A DNA stretch of 64,000 nucleotides from Octopus sinensis (Eukaryota), in contig NC_043000.1 in the NCBI RefSeq assembly GCF_006345805.1, positions 148,366,001 through 148,430,000 of the forward strand, in the 5' to 3' direction. The position numbers were made by a program, and so were the translations under genes. Under the pieces are notes generated by a model. It was given only the letters and a program-made list of their open reading frames with translations. It had not been told where the DNA came from and ran no database searches. Below are positions 1 to 12,862 of the stretch, piece after piece (the stretch's first letter is position 1; every line of letters begins with the position of its first letter).

Positions 1-304
1 TAAAGCATTAGGCAAATAAAGAATATAATATGAATTAACGGGATGACAAAAGTAATATGAATTAATGGGATTAAAAGGAACAATGTAATTAAATTTATTG
101 GCTTATAGCTGTTTCTGCTCTAAGAAGCACTGCTCTCAGAGCTGAGTGCTTGTACATCATCTTATATATATATATATATATATAATATATATATATATAT
201 TGGTAAAAACGGTAAGATAACAAAAGAAAGAAAGAGACCTCAATATTATGTAAATAGAGGAAATTTATCTATAAAATAATATGTTACAATTACTCAATAG
301 TCAA

Positions 305-365
305 GATAAAACTCTGAGTTTCAGATGCCGAAGTGGAAATCCACAACACCATCTCTTCGGTTATC
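305..365 (-). ncRNA. Hammerhead-ribozyme-like motif (family H1)
   Basis: Minus strand: GATAA CCGAAGA GATG..CATC-T GAAA CTCAGAG TT TTATC. Confidence 0.55.
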
Positions 366-639
366 TGGCCATTTGAAAAACTATTTTATATATATATATA
401 TTTCTTGGAGTCTTTAAAATGTAATGTAGAAATAAACATGCACTTATTTTAAAGGCTTTGAGGAAGCTATAAGGAAATGCACAAGGGCTCAGTTCAGAGT
501 ACAGTACTTTTCATAGAAAAACAGTTGCAAGCAATGAAGTTGATTAAGTAATTCTTGCTCCCTTGTCATTCTATTAATTCATATATATTTTATACATACA
601 CACACATATATATATTTACAATATACTCATATATACATA

Positions 640-972
640 TATATATTTACTGCCAGTGGCATGTAAAAAAGCACCATCCAAATGTAGTTGATACCAGCCC
701 CACTGCCCTGACTAGCTCCTGTGCTGGTAGCACATAAAAAGCACCATCCGAACATGGCTGATGCCAGTGCCGCTTGACTGGCTCCAGTGCCAGTGGAATG
801 TAAAAAACACCCACTATACCCTCAGTGGTTGATGTCAGGAAGGGCATCCAGCTGTAGAAACATTGCCAGATCAGATTGGAGCCTGGTGCACCTTCCTAAT
901 TTACCAGTCCCCAGTCAAACTGTCCAACCCATGCCAGCATGGAAAACAGATGTTAACCGATGATGATGATGA
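640..972 (+). mobile_element. SINE/RTE-tail family D copy with (GAT)n tail
   Basis: AGGAAGGGCATCCAGCTGTAGAAAC motif and GATGATGAT tail; related copies at 2465-2540, 3045-3330, 5445-5640, 5760-5900, 8640-8700, 8832-8996, 11480-11660. Confidence 0.7.
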
Positions 973-1187
973 TATTTATAATATACTTTTATATATAATA
1001 TACATATATATTTATAATAGGTACAGGTGTGGCTGCATATTTAATTAAGTTTGTTCCACAACCACCTGATTCCAGGTGCAGCTGCACTGCATGGAACCTT
1101 CAGCAAAATGGAAACTGAAAGAAGCCCACTGCAGTGTGTATGTGTGTGTGTGTGTGGGGGGGGGTTGTAGTAGTAGAAGGGACTTAC

Positions 1188-1240
1188 CCATACAATAAGA
1201 CTAAATCCAAAACCACATGCTGGGAACAACACAGCTATGC
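1188..1240 (-). CDS. Candidate 53-nt hydrophobic exon (G)IAVLFPACGFGFSLIVW
   Basis: TATATAG acceptor, TGG|GTAAGT consensus donor, transmembrane-like peptide. Confidence 0.45.
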
Positions 1241-1379
1241 CTATATACACATCTACACATGTTTACACATACACATCTATATATATGTTTATGTGTATGG
1301 ATATATGTGTGTGTCTGCATGTATATATATCATTGTAACCTCTCTTGGACTCATGACCATTGTATCATATCAGGTTACA

Positions 1380-2050
1380 TCTTGAAGGTTATGCTTTTGC
1401 AATCAAAAAGCAGGAGATAGCTAAAAATACTTAAAAGGGATGGTGGAAGCCCTGAAACCCCAAGATGCAACCAAAAATGTTGATTATGTCACACTTCTGT
1501 GGAAGGCATTACTTATGTGATCAACAGCTGCCAAAAACATGTCATCAAGTTACTATCTCCCATTGCCATATGCTGTTGCTTGCTAAAACAATATACAATG
1601 TCATCTGTGAGAAAAAAATGTCCTGGGATAAAAATAGACAATGCTCCTATTGAATATATATACATATCAACACAAGGAATATTGGTGGAACATTCCATTA
1701 AAACACTGCCAAAAGTAAACATAACAGACCTGACATAGCTGGCCAAGAGAGGAAAGAAAAATTATGTATAGACAGAAGACATCAGCTGTAATGCAGATGT
1801 GATAATTTGTTCCAAAACCAGTGAGAAGAAGAATATTTATGGATACTGCTTTGAAACTTCCAGTTTTTGTATCCTGATTATAAATTCACATTTATATCAA
1901 TAGTTATCGGTGCATTTGGTTATGCAAGCTTTTGTAGATTGTCATTGAAACGTTTGCTAAAGATTTTCAAGCGAAGTAAGGCAACCAGCTAATGTGTTCT
2001 TTATAATATAATCTGTGAAGGGAACATAGAAATATCAAAGACATTTTTTT
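1380..2050 (+). mobile_element. Degraded R4/Dong-like (RLE-type) non-LTR retrotransposon C-terminal fragment
   Basis: Frameshifted EGYAFAIKKQEI, CCHC knuckle (C*LC..E...VINSC), KTIYNVICEKKCPG, ISCxADVxI..K..EK.NIYG-like and IVIGAFG-like motifs. Confidence 0.7.
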
Positions 2051-2227
2051 CAACTTCAACATGAACCATATAAATTTGTTATCTAAATTCTATTGGAGAA
2101 TTTCTTTGTTAGAAACCAGTTTCTTCCTTGGAGGAAAATTTCAAATAATAATATACAAATTAAAAAGTTGTGCATACAGGAGTGCACGCGCACGCATGCA
2201 CGTGCACACACATATATAAACATTTAC

Positions 2228-2263
2228 CTCTACATATTTGCGCATAACTGATTATTATCACCA
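2228..2263 (-). CDS. Candidate 36-nt exon (VIIISYAQICR)
   Basis: TTATTAG acceptor, AGAG|GTAAAT donor; phase 1 end joins 1188-1240 in frame. Confidence 0.25.
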
Positions 2264-2585
2264 CTAATAATCAATAAACTGTCTGTCAACAACAATTAAT
2301 AAACCATTTGGCATTCCATGTCATTAATAAGACTATCAGGCTGATGCCCCGGTGAGAAGATATGCAACCAAGAGCACAGAGATCTCCATGCATTGAAATA
2401 TATTGGCAATGTTAATACATATAAAAAGGAATATACGCATACATGCATCCACAAATATACACACATCATCACCATCATCATTTAATGTCTGTTTTCCATG
2501 TTGGCATGGGTTGGATGGTTTGACTGAAAACTAGAAAGCTGGGGAGTATGTGTGTGTGTGGGGCGTAGTAGTAGAAGGGACTTAC

Positions 2586-2638
2586 CCATACAATAAAACT
2601 AAACCCAAAACCACATGCTGGGAACAACACAGCTATGC
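2586..2638 (-). CDS. Duplicate of the 53-nt exon, (G)IAVLFPACGFGFSFIVW; may be a pseudo-exon
   Basis: 51/53 nt identical to 1188-1240 with both splice sites intact. Confidence 0.35.
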
Positions 2639-2653
2639 CTATATACACATCTA

Positions 2654-3033
2654 CACTACCGTCAGAAATTAATTAGCACCCTTGATTTGCTCTTCACTCA
2701 AGGTATGTGCTGTCACCTAGTGGCCATATCTCGAACTATTGCTTTGTTGCGAGTTCACTGTTGCGCAGAACGATGACGTAACTTTGTTTGCAGAGCAGTT
2801 TGAGAGTCTACAGCCTTATGATGTTGACATAGCAGTGCAACAACAACTTGGAGTGCGGATGCAGACAAATCTTCCTTTGTTTAATAGATATAGGTAGCGC
2901 CTCGCAAGGACCGAAATCACACCGTACTAAGTTTTCTCATCGCGTAAGACGTTTTGAACAGCTCATAGGTTAATTGATTTAACCTATTTAATGTAGAAAT
3001 TTGAGAAGTGCTAATTAATTTCTGACGCAAGTG
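2654..3033. mobile_element. Tc1/mariner-type MITE
   Basis: ~26-bp TIRs CACTACCGTCAGAAATTAATTAGCAC / GTGCTAATTAATTTCTGACGCAAGTG, TA target duplication. Confidence 0.85.
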
Positions 3034-3344
3034 TACATATGCTTCTGACTGGCCCTTGTGCCGGTGGCACATAAAAGCACCCACTACAGCCTGATTTGGC
3101 ATGGTTTCTACAGTTGGATGCCCTTCCTAATGCCAACCCCTCCAAGAGTGTAGTGGGTGCTTTTTACATGCTATTGGCACAGGTGCCAGTTATGAAACAC
3201 TGGCATTGGCCACGACTGCAATTTCATTTGGCTTGACAGGTCTTCTCAAGTATGGTGTATTGCCAAAGGTCTCTGTCACTTGTCACTGCCTCTGTGAGGC
3301 CCAAAGTTTGAAGGGCGTTTTTTTTTTCACATACCACCTCACAT

Positions 3345-4020
3345 AGCTTGATCCTCACGGAAGTACTTAGCTAAGAGTAAGCCTGTATACTCAACATTTG
3401 TTGACTTAGAGAAGGCCATTGACAGGGTCATATGCTCTGTATCTGGTTGCTGCTAAGTAAACTGAATGGAGATAAATGGCATGTGAGGTCATACAAGCCA
3501 TAGAATCAGCAACGAGTTCAGCTTGTTGTCCATGGGAACTTTTGAATGCTAATGACTTCTTATAGATGAATCTGTAGAGGATTTAGAGAGGAAATTCTAG
3601 ACCTGGGAGCAAAATCTAGAATTAAGAGGTCTCAAAGTAAACTTTATAGAAGCTAATGCTTTAGTAAGTAGGAAAAAAGACAGGACCTTGCTGCCATTAA
3701 GGAACTGCAGAAAAAGAAATTCCATATGTTGCACACAGTATAAACTAGGGATGAATAAAAAGGTGCAGTGGGAGCATAGGTAGTCTGTCAAAGAAGGTAG
3801 ATTTTGTAAGTGGCATATCAGTAGTGGTATTATACCAACAGAAGAGTAACCTGAGTAAGAAAGGGATACAAAAAACTTAGGCATCTTTCACAGAGTAATG
3901 GGCAGATTGTACGATACTTGTGTACAAAGTGTGAAGCTGCAAGGTAATGAGACTTGGGTCTTCAATGTATAGAGTTCATGAAGACTAGATAGAAATGAAG
4001 TAAGCAAGGATGATAGAGCC
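3345..4020 (+). mobile_element. Degraded RTE-clade LINE reverse-transcriptase fragment
   Basis: KYLAKSKPVYSTFVDLEKAIDRV and PWEL..A.D...ESVEDLERKF-like motifs. Confidence 0.7.
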
Positions 4021-4279
4021 TAAATGAACTGAGGGGAAAAAAAATAACTGGATAAAAATGGTGGTACTCCAGCATGACCACAGATGCATGGCTGAAACAA
4101 ACTTTTTGGAAACAGAAAATGATATCTAACAACAATATCTTGTTCTATGTTTATCCTTTCGTCTACTCATCATCATATGTATTGACCAGTGGATTTGAAT
4201 TGTGGTTTATTCTGTATTTTTTTCTTCTTGGTTTTACTTGTGATATGCAAATGTATTCATATAAATACATTGACTATAC

Positions 4280-4482
4280 CAGTGGTTTTCAACCTTAGGG
4301 TTCCGCCAGTACAGTCCAGGGGTTCCGCAAGAAGTTACAAAAATGCTAAAATCGACAGTAATTTTTAATTCTCCTGTGCAGATACGTGTGCATAGGACAA
4401 TTAAATTATTGCACAGGGGTTCCTCGAGCCAGTGAAATGTTTTCTTGGGGTTCCGCACCAGCAAAAAGTTTGAAAAACACTG
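4280..4482. mobile_element. hAT MITE
   Basis: TIRs CAGTGGTTTTCAA / TTGAAAAACACTG; perfect 8-bp TSD GACTATAC at 4272-4279 and 4483-4490. Confidence 0.9.
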
Positions 4483-4611
4483 GACTATACAAACAAATTT
4501 GTGATAATACAAATTTTCAGCAGCAAATGTATTACAAGCAAGATTCTGATGAGCTGACATTTAATTGTATCAATATAATGATACATTTAGAATCTATAGT
4601 TAAATATATTA

Positions 4612-5322
4612 TATAAGGGGGTTCATAAAGTCATGCATCATACTGCGATATGGGAAATGGCTGACATTCTCTTTTTTTTTTTTTTTTAAATCGTTTTTAA
4701 CAACTGCCGATTTACTCACAAACCAATCCTCATTGGATGGTGGCATATAATCAACAAGGCAGGGGCAAGGTAATGGTGTGGTGGGGGATTTGGCACAATC
4801 AAGTAATTGGACCATTTTATTTTGAGGGTTCTGTGACAGGTGATCCGTATCTGGATATGCTTGTCAGCAAGATGATGCTTCACGTGCATTCACTTGAAAG
4901 GGGGGAAAAACCTATCTAGTTTTCAGCAGGATGGGGGTTCCCCTCCATTATGCATTACAGGTTCATGAATTTCTGAATGAACATTTTCCAGGGAAATGGC
5001 TCAAGCATCGCAGACCAATTGAATGGGAACTGTGGTCACCAGCTTTAACTCCCATGGTCTTTTTTTCTGGGGTTACATTAAATCCCTTGTGTATTCTGAA
5101 GAGTCATGACCAAGGACATCATCCTCAAAGAATTGTTGAAGCGTGTGAACAAGTCATCGGCAATGAAGAGATATTTGAGAGGGTTCATCACAATTTCAAA
5201 TTCCGTATGAACACTTGTTCATACATGGCCAACACTTTGAACATTTGTAATGGATTACCTACTTTATTGCTAATAAAGCATACTTGCTATCTCCCATGGT
5301 GCATGACTGTGGCCACCTTGTG
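4612..5322 (+). mobile_element. Internally deleted Tc1/mariner (maT/rosa-like) transposase pseudogene
   Basis: KVMVWWGIWHNQVIGPFYFEGSVTG, FQQDG, EFLNEHFPGKW, WSPALTPM motifs; degenerate TIRs, TA ends. Confidence 0.8.
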
Positions 5323-6639
5323 TAATATAACAATACTCTCGAGTTTGAATGCCAGTGAAACAATTGTAAATATATGTAATAAAACAATTTGCTCACTCCA
5401 CTCCTTGCTAACAATTTATTTATATATCATCACTATTTAATAACCATTTTCCATGCTGGCATGGGTTGGACGGTTTGACCATTCAAGACTGGAGAGCTGC
5501 ACCAGGCTCAAATTGTCTGTTTTGGCATGGTCTTTACAGCTGGATGCCCATCCTAATGCCAACCACTTTACAGAGTGAACTAAGTGCTTTTTATGTTGCA
5601 TCAGTACAGGAGCTTTTTAAGTGGTACCAGCATGGGTGCTGCATACATACAAACATGTAATTGAAGTCAAAACCATGTGGCTTGGAAGCAAACTTTAACC
5701 ACATGTGAGAGAGAGAGAGAGAGAGAGAGAGAGCCAATTCCACATAAAAAGCACTCAGTACAATATAAAATAGTTGGCATTAGGAAGGGCATCCAGCCAT
5801 TGGAACCGTACCAAAGCAGACACTAGAGCTTGGCGCAGTCTTCCGGCTTGTCAGTCAGTTCCTATCAAACTATCTAACCCATACCAACATAGAAACAGTG
5901 CATTGAGGACTAACTTAAGCAACATGTCTATTTTTAAGATTGCAGAATATGATTTGAGGGAGATCAGACTTATTTCTAGCATGTTGAATGACCAGATAGG
6001 TTCTATTGTTGGCTCTGCACATCCTGCATCATTTTGGTCTTTAAAAATCGTATTGTAATAATAGAGGTTTTCAGCCATCATCTAAGCCATTAAACAGAAG
6101 GAAACCAAATCCTACAATTATTAAAAATTCAATGTTGATTACCATTGCATGAATGTGCACGTGAGCACGTGTGCATTGTGTGTGTGAGCATGTGCATGAG
6201 CATTGGTGCGCATGAACATTGCATACACATGACATGCACATTGCATGCGTGTGGTGTGCACATGTGCATTTTCTCAGATTCTTTAAATTACATGTTGAGA
6301 AAATAAATGAAAGCTAGAAAATGACAGAGAGAAGAGGGAAATGTTCAAATCTTAACCATATATAAATATCTATGTCTATCATGATCAGCCTTCTATTTGA
6401 GATTTTATTTGATAAAAGGTTAAGAAGCTTTTCAGATTACTTTCACAGATGATATTTATGACAGACAGACAGACAGACAGACAGTTTGAGGCAATAAAAG
6501 TAAGTAGACAAAAGAAAACTAGATTTCATTTAGGAAAAACCAAGTGTCTTGTAAGACTGGTAATGGCCTGAGTCAGCAGCAATTAGGTCATAGAGTTTGG
6601 AGAAGAGCTTGATAAGTTTAATTATCATGAGTAACAAAC

Positions 6640-7025
6640 TTACTTTTACTTGTTTCAGTCACTGAACTGTGGCCAAACTGGGGCATCACCTTGGAGGGTC
6701 TTTAGTTTAATATATTTCCCCCAGTACTTCATTTTTGGGGTTTTTACCCTTTTAAGTCTGGTACTTATACTTTTGGTCTCTTTTACCAAACTGCTAAGTT
6801 ACAGGGACTTATACAAACCAACACTGGTTGTTAAGTGGTGGAGTGATAAACACAAAGACATACACATACACTCTCAGTTTCCATTTAACAAATTCCCCCA
6901 CAAGGCACTGGTTGGCCCAGAGCTACAATAGCAGGCATATACCCAAGTTGCCATGCAATGAGACAGGACCAAAAACTATTTGGTTGCAAAGCAAAATTTT
7001 TGACTACACAGCCGCACCTGTACAA
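6640..7025 (-). mobile_element. SINE family A, old copy
   Basis: Diverged match to the family A consensus; 5'-half copy also at 7295-7460 inside a hAT-like MITE (7268-7695). Confidence 0.7.
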
Positions 7026-8073
7026 GACTTCCTTTAGAAATAGCTGCTACAGAATGCAATTAAAGAGATTTGGATACCATGAGTTTGTAATGTGTCTTTT
7101 TCAGTAGATTCAAAGATGGTATCCGAAAATTATTAAGTGTTCTGTCTTGTATCGTTGCTGGTTGTCTTTGACTAAAATTGATTCCCTAGATTTGAGGCTC
7201 TCAAGATAATCTAAACACAGATGAGAAAGTAACTTTTCAGTATATCACCCATCTAAGGTGATCTGCCAAATAGTTCTCAACCATTTTTTGCCTGTGGGCA
7301 TGGCTGTGTGGTTAGGGAGCTTGCTTTCTCGCTACATGGTTTCAGGTTCAGTCCCACTGCGTGGCACTTTGGGCAAGTGTCTTCCACTATAGCCCTGAGT
7401 TGACCGAAGCTTTGTGATTGAATTCGGTAGGCGGAAGTCACTTCCGTGTGTGTATATGTGCGTGTAGGTGCTCAGTGCCTCTCCGAAAGAGAGAGAGGGG
7501 GAACTCCTTTGATTCCTATTTTACTCTTATAGCCATTCAATGTTTAAGAACCCCATTATATTTTTATAATTATATGTTAGGAATTGTATAAAAATAAGTT
7601 GTGAAAATATTGTGTGTATCATTGAAGTATACACAATTTATTGCAGGTAAATTTTAACAACAAAATCTTATGTGGTCCCCAGTTGAGAACCACAGATCTA
7701 ACAGAATCATTAGTTGATATAATCAACTAGACCACCCTACTTAAATTGCTGGTCTTGTGCCAAAGTTTAAAAATCAGAAAGGCACTGAGCTGGTAGAATC
7801 ATTAGCATTTTGGGTAAGAAAATGCTTAGCAGCATTTCTTCTGGTTCTTCACATTCTGAGTTCAAATACCATTGAGGTCAACTTTACCTTTCATCCTTTT
7901 GGAGTTGATAAATGCTGAGCTTGAGGCTAAAAACTCCCCATAAAATTGCAGGCCTTGTGCCAAAAGTTAAAACAATTATTTCACTACAAGTACTGATAAA
8001 GATTGATATTCTACTATTGGCCATTTGTGATAAAGGCCATCATCCTAGTAAAATAAAATAAAGAGCAAAAAAC

Positions 8074-8299
8074 CTTGTTTATAGTAATCTCCAGACAAGA
8101 AAAATGTTTTCTTTTTCAATTTACTTTCAGTAATATATCTAATTATTCTCCACCAAGATAAATTAGAGTGTCTATGTAAGTGTAACAACAATTTGTAATT
8201 AGGTCTAATGTTACATGTTCGCCACAAATATTGTGACATGAATCAACCAAATCTCTAATTGAGGAAGGACTGTACTAAGAACATACCCCTTCCACAATC
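8074..8299 (-). CDS. Candidate exon containing ATG at 8239 (MSQYLWRTCNIRPNYKLLLHLHRHSNLSWWRIIRY...)
   Basis: Strong acceptor TTTCTTCTTCCAG at 8300; donor CAAG|GTTTTT is weak; an internal alternative donor GG|GTATGT also exists. Confidence 0.3.
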
Positions 8300-9621
8300 C
8301 TGGAAGAAGAAAGAAAAAAAAAAAAAACTAAGAAAAATAAAAGGAAAAAGAAACTCTTGTAACGACAAATAAAACAAGTTTCTGAATAATGAACAGGTTG
8401 TTTCAGATGACATCAAGCGAAATTAATGGGTAAGATACTAAAAAAGTACTTGACTTTTAACTCGGAGCTGCTAAAATTAAAGACTGCTGGTAGAAGATTG
8501 AGTTACCTTCCTGCCATTAGGAAACTATGTCAATATCAGAATAGGTTTCATTGATTAGTTCTTACAGAATTAAAAATGACTAAAAGAGATATATAACTAA
8601 CTGCCCTTACGGTTGCTATGCATATACAGAATCGTAATTTCTGTACTTGGTTTTTACATGCTGGCATGGGTTCCACTGATCTGTTTTAATGGAGCATCTC
8701 ACCAACTTGTTGCATGGTCTTTCACCATTTCCTTTGCAAAGCTCAGCATCCTGAGATGGATCTCATCACTAACAGATACCTTTCACTTGCATCATGAAAC
8801 AAATTTTTTTACCCAATAATAATTTTTTATATGCACTCGCAGAGTGGTTGGCGTTAGGAAGGGCATCCAGCTGTAGAAACTCTGCCAGATCAGACTGGAG
8901 CCTGGTGCAACCCCTGGCTTCCCAGACCCCGGTCGAACCGTCCAACCCGTGCTAGTGCGGAAAACGGACGTTAAACGATGATGATGATGATGATGCATCA
9001 AACATCCATACCCTTGCAGTCTTCTGTCTTACACAACTGACAATACTAATGCTTAGTTTCTGTATATTTATGTCTGTGAGCACTCACATACATAAAGACA
9101 TGAATATACACAAATGCCTATGGTGTCTTTATACAAGTTTATTAGGCAGTACTTCATTCAGCATATTTTTTTGATACTAAATCAAACTCATCTTTCAAAC
9201 AGCCTGCCAGTTCAAAACCACCATTTAAAAACCTACTGGGAAAGCTAATGAGGGATCTGCTATATGACTACTCAACTTATTACAAATGACTACTAAATCT
9301 CTCTCAGATAATACTATACTTCCAAGAAAAAAAAAAAAAAAAGGAAAAAAAGAAAAGAAAAAAGATGATTATGGCAGGAAAGCCTTTGTTTATAAACTGG
9401 TTTAATTAGAGCCAACGTGGGTTAAACAACAAAAACCTGTTAGACAAGCAATGAGGGAGCCTTTATGCAGCAACTTGATTTACTAAGAACAGCAGTCACA
9501 TCACCCTCAAATCATGCCTTACTATCTTAAAACCATTGTCAGAGAGACATTAACTCTTAGCTCCTGTATGGAGTCAGTACAGCACAGGGCTGCATCAGCC
9601 AGCCTGTCCTGAAATGCACCA

Positions 9622-10011
9622 TACTCTTTTACTCGTTTCAGTCATTTGACTGCGGCCATGCTGAAGCACCGCCTTTAATCAAGCAACTCGACCCTGGAAC
9701 TTATTCTTTTCTAAGTCCAGTACTTATTCTATCGGTCTCTTTTTGCCGAACCGCTAAGTAACGGAGACATAAACACACCAGCATCGGTTGTCAAGCAATG
9801 CTAGGGGAACAAACACACACACGCATATATATATATATACATATATACGACGGGCTTCTTTCAGTTTCCGTCTACCAAATCCACTCACAAGGCATTGGTC
9901 GGCCCGAGGCTATAGTAGAAGACACTTGCCCAAGGTGTCACGCAGAGGGACTGAACCCGGAACCATGTGGTTGGTAAACAAGCTACTTACCACACAGCCA
10001 CTCCTGCGCCT
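9622..10011 (-). mobile_element. SINE family A (~400 bp, tRNA-derived head, central (TA)n(TG)n, (GAGTAAAA)n tail)
   Basis: Head GGCGCAGGAGTGGCTGTGTGGTAAGTAGC..GGTTCAGTCCC with A/B-box-like motifs; near-identical to many other copies. Confidence 0.9.
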
Positions 10012-10235
10012 ATTACAAGAATCATACCAACCTTGTTTACATTCATTTTTAAAGGCAGTGAGGAACTCTTTAGAAAAAACTAATACCTTCTATCATTTAT
10101 TTCTAGTCTGTAATAGAATCATTACAGGACTAGGCTTTTGATTTATGTACGATATTAAAATTTGAATATGCAGCGTCCTAAATACACAAGGCCCGATAAA
10201 AGACAGAATAGTCACAACTGATAGACCCGACTCAC

Positions 10236-10353
10236 CAATTTATAGAATTTGTGTGAGTGTGGGTAAATTTCAGAGGAAATGTGACATCTGCTCTTTCTTT
10301 TAACAGGTTTGCTTCATAGTCAAATTCCTGTCCACCCTGTGCATTATTAAGTA
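10236..10353 (-). CDS. Candidate exon (LNNAQGGQEFDYEANLLKERADVTFPLKFTHTHTNSIN)
   Basis: Strong donor TTG|GTGAGT and an open protein-like frame; acceptor weak or ambiguous. Confidence 0.3.
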
Positions 10354-10653
10354 CTAATTTTCAATCAGCTCACCAAGTCCCATTACAAACTCAATTACTC
10401 ACTTATCTCTGCATTTGCCTAAAATGCTGCTTGCCGGAAAAACTATTTTGCTGAGCCAATGAGAGAACCACTACATGAGTGTTTGACCTGCAAGAAATAG
10501 CACACATACACGACTTACTCAAAATGCACTCTGTGTTAGAAAAGAACATAGGATAATTCGATCCAAAGTACACTGTACTTGGAAAAAGACAGGATGGTCT
10601 GCTTGATCAAGGTTGACCTAGAGCTAAACAAAAAACAAAAAAAAAAAACCCAA

Positions 10654-11058
10654 GATGCAGGAGTGGCTGTGTGGTAAGTAGCTTGCTAACCAACCACATG
10701 GTTTCGGGTTCAGTCCCACTGCGTGACATCTTGGGCAAGTGTCTTCTGCTATAGCCCCGGGCCGACCAAAGCCTTGTGAGTGGATTTGGTAGACGGAAAC
10801 TGAAAGAAGCCTGTCGTATATATGTATATATATATATATGTGTGTTTATGTGTCTGTGTTTGTCCCCCTAGCATTGCTTGACAACCGATGCTGGTGTGTT
10901 TACGTCCCTGTCACTTAGCGGTTCGGCAAAAAGACACCGATAGAATAAGTACTGGGCTTACAAAGAATAAGTCCCGCGGTCGGTTTGCTCGACTAAAGGC
11001 GGTGCTCCAGCATGGTCGCAGTCAAATGACTGAAACAAGTAAAAGAGTAAAAGAGAGT
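10654..11058 (+). mobile_element. SINE family A
   Basis: Full-length copy. Confidence 0.9.
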
Positions 11059-11234
11059 AATTATCTACAGGTTCTTTGGTGAATTTTTGTAGAATCATTG
11101 AAATTGCAGACTCAGACCAGGACAATATTTCTGTGAAATCGACCTGGATTCTTGAGGCTATTTGCTCACAGATTTCATGATTGTGCTAGTCATTGAAAGA
11201 AAAGTCAGAACAACCTTATCATCATCATTGTAAC

Positions 11235-11452
11235 TGTTTCTTTATTACCCACAAGGGGCTAAACAAGGACAGACAAACGAATTAAGTCGATTACATCGAC
11301 CCCAGTGCGTAACTGGTACTTATTTAATCGACCCCGAAAGGATGAAAGGCAAAGTTGACCTCGGCGGAATTTGAACTCAGAACGCAACGGCAGACAAAAT
11401 ACGGCTACGCATTTTGCCCGGCATGCTAACGATTCTGCCAGCTCGCCGCCTT
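11235..11452 (-). mobile_element. SINE family B monomer
   Basis: GTCGACTTTGCCTTTCATCCTTTCGGGGTCGAT-type core; 14-bp TSD ATCATCATTGTAAC (11221-11234, 11453-11466). Confidence 0.9.
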
Positions 11453-12059
11453 ATCATCATTGTAACATTTACTTTTCTGTGCTGGCATTGGTCAGACAGA
11501 ATTTGTGGAGGCAGATTTTCTACGGCTGGATGCCCTTCCTGTCACCAACCTTCACCTGCTTCTAAAGCAAGTTAATATTTCCACACTAACGGACACATTT
11601 TCACAGAATATTGGAGATGAAGGACACTGACTGTCTGATAGCTGTAAACAAGTGCACCATTATGCAAGCAAAGTAAGGAGACAACAATGCACGCATTTAC
11701 ATACGTGAGAGAGAGAGAGAGCTTCTTCCAGTTTCTCACAACCAAATCCACTCACAAGGCCTTGGACCAATAGTAGAAGATTAGAACATAGTGTTTTAAG
11801 AGACTGCCTATCAGCTGACACAATCCCATATACGTAACTCCTGAATTGTAAGTGATACATCTCTTCACCAAGTATAAGATTACAAGACCCTAAAGTTCTT
11901 AACATAAGCTATACCCACAATCTAGTCTTTGCATTGTGAATTAAAAAGGATATTTATTCATCAATTTGTAATTAGCATATAATGCTTAAGTGTGATTTCT
12001 ATCCAAATTAAAAGAAAAAACATTTTTTTTTAAATGCACAATATAATAGTTTTATACTT

Positions 12060-12436
12060 TATTCTTCTACTTGTTTCAGTCATTTGACTGCAGCCATGCT
12101 GGAGCACTATCTTTCTTAGTTGAAAAAAATCAACCCCAAGACTTTGTATTTTATTAGTCTCTTTTGCTGAACTGCTAAGTTTCAGGGATGTAAACACACC
12201 AATATCAATTATCAAGTGATGGTAGGTGGACAAACACAGACACACAAACATATACTCTTTTACTTGTTTCAGTCATTTGACTGCGGCCATGCTGGAGCAC
12301 TGCCTTTAGTCGAGCAAATCGACCCCAGGACTTATTCTTTAGAAGCCTAGTACTTATTCTATCGGTATCTTTTGTCGAACCGCTAAGTTAAACACACCAG
12401 CATAGGTTGTCAAGCGATGTTGGAGGGGGGGGACAA

Positions 12437-12467
<31 letters not shown>

Positions 12468-12700
12468 TATATACGACAGGCTTCTTTCAGTTTCCGTGGT
12501 TGGTAAGCAAGCTACTTACCACACAGCCACTCCTGTGCATATATATATATATGATGGGCTTCTTTCAGTTTCCATTTCCCAGATCCACTCACAAGGCTTT
12601 GGTCAGCCCGAGGCTATAGAAGACACTTGCCCAAGGTGACACACAGAACCCAGAACCATGTGGTTGGGAAACAAGTTTCTTACCACATAGCCACACCCAC
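12060..12700 (-). mobile_element. Compound/nested SINE family A copies
   Basis: Old partial copy followed by a rearranged copy. Confidence 0.8.
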
Positions 12701-12862
12701 TACTTATTCATATTAGACAAAAATATTTGTCAAAACAAAATTATATTGATATTATTTAATGACAAGATCCATACATTCTACTAAGGTTTCTCCAGTTTTA
12801 GATGGTTTGAGATGAGGTTTGAAAAAAAAAAAAAAAAGAAGCATTTTTATATTGTCTTTTTC

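Noticed and set aside
9788-10141. Recurrent ORF ..[29 protein letters not shown]..
   Set aside because: Antisense reading of SINE family A, not a gene family
11071-11190. Open frames on both strands resembling an exon
   Set aside because: Weak donor abutting a SINE; strand ambiguous
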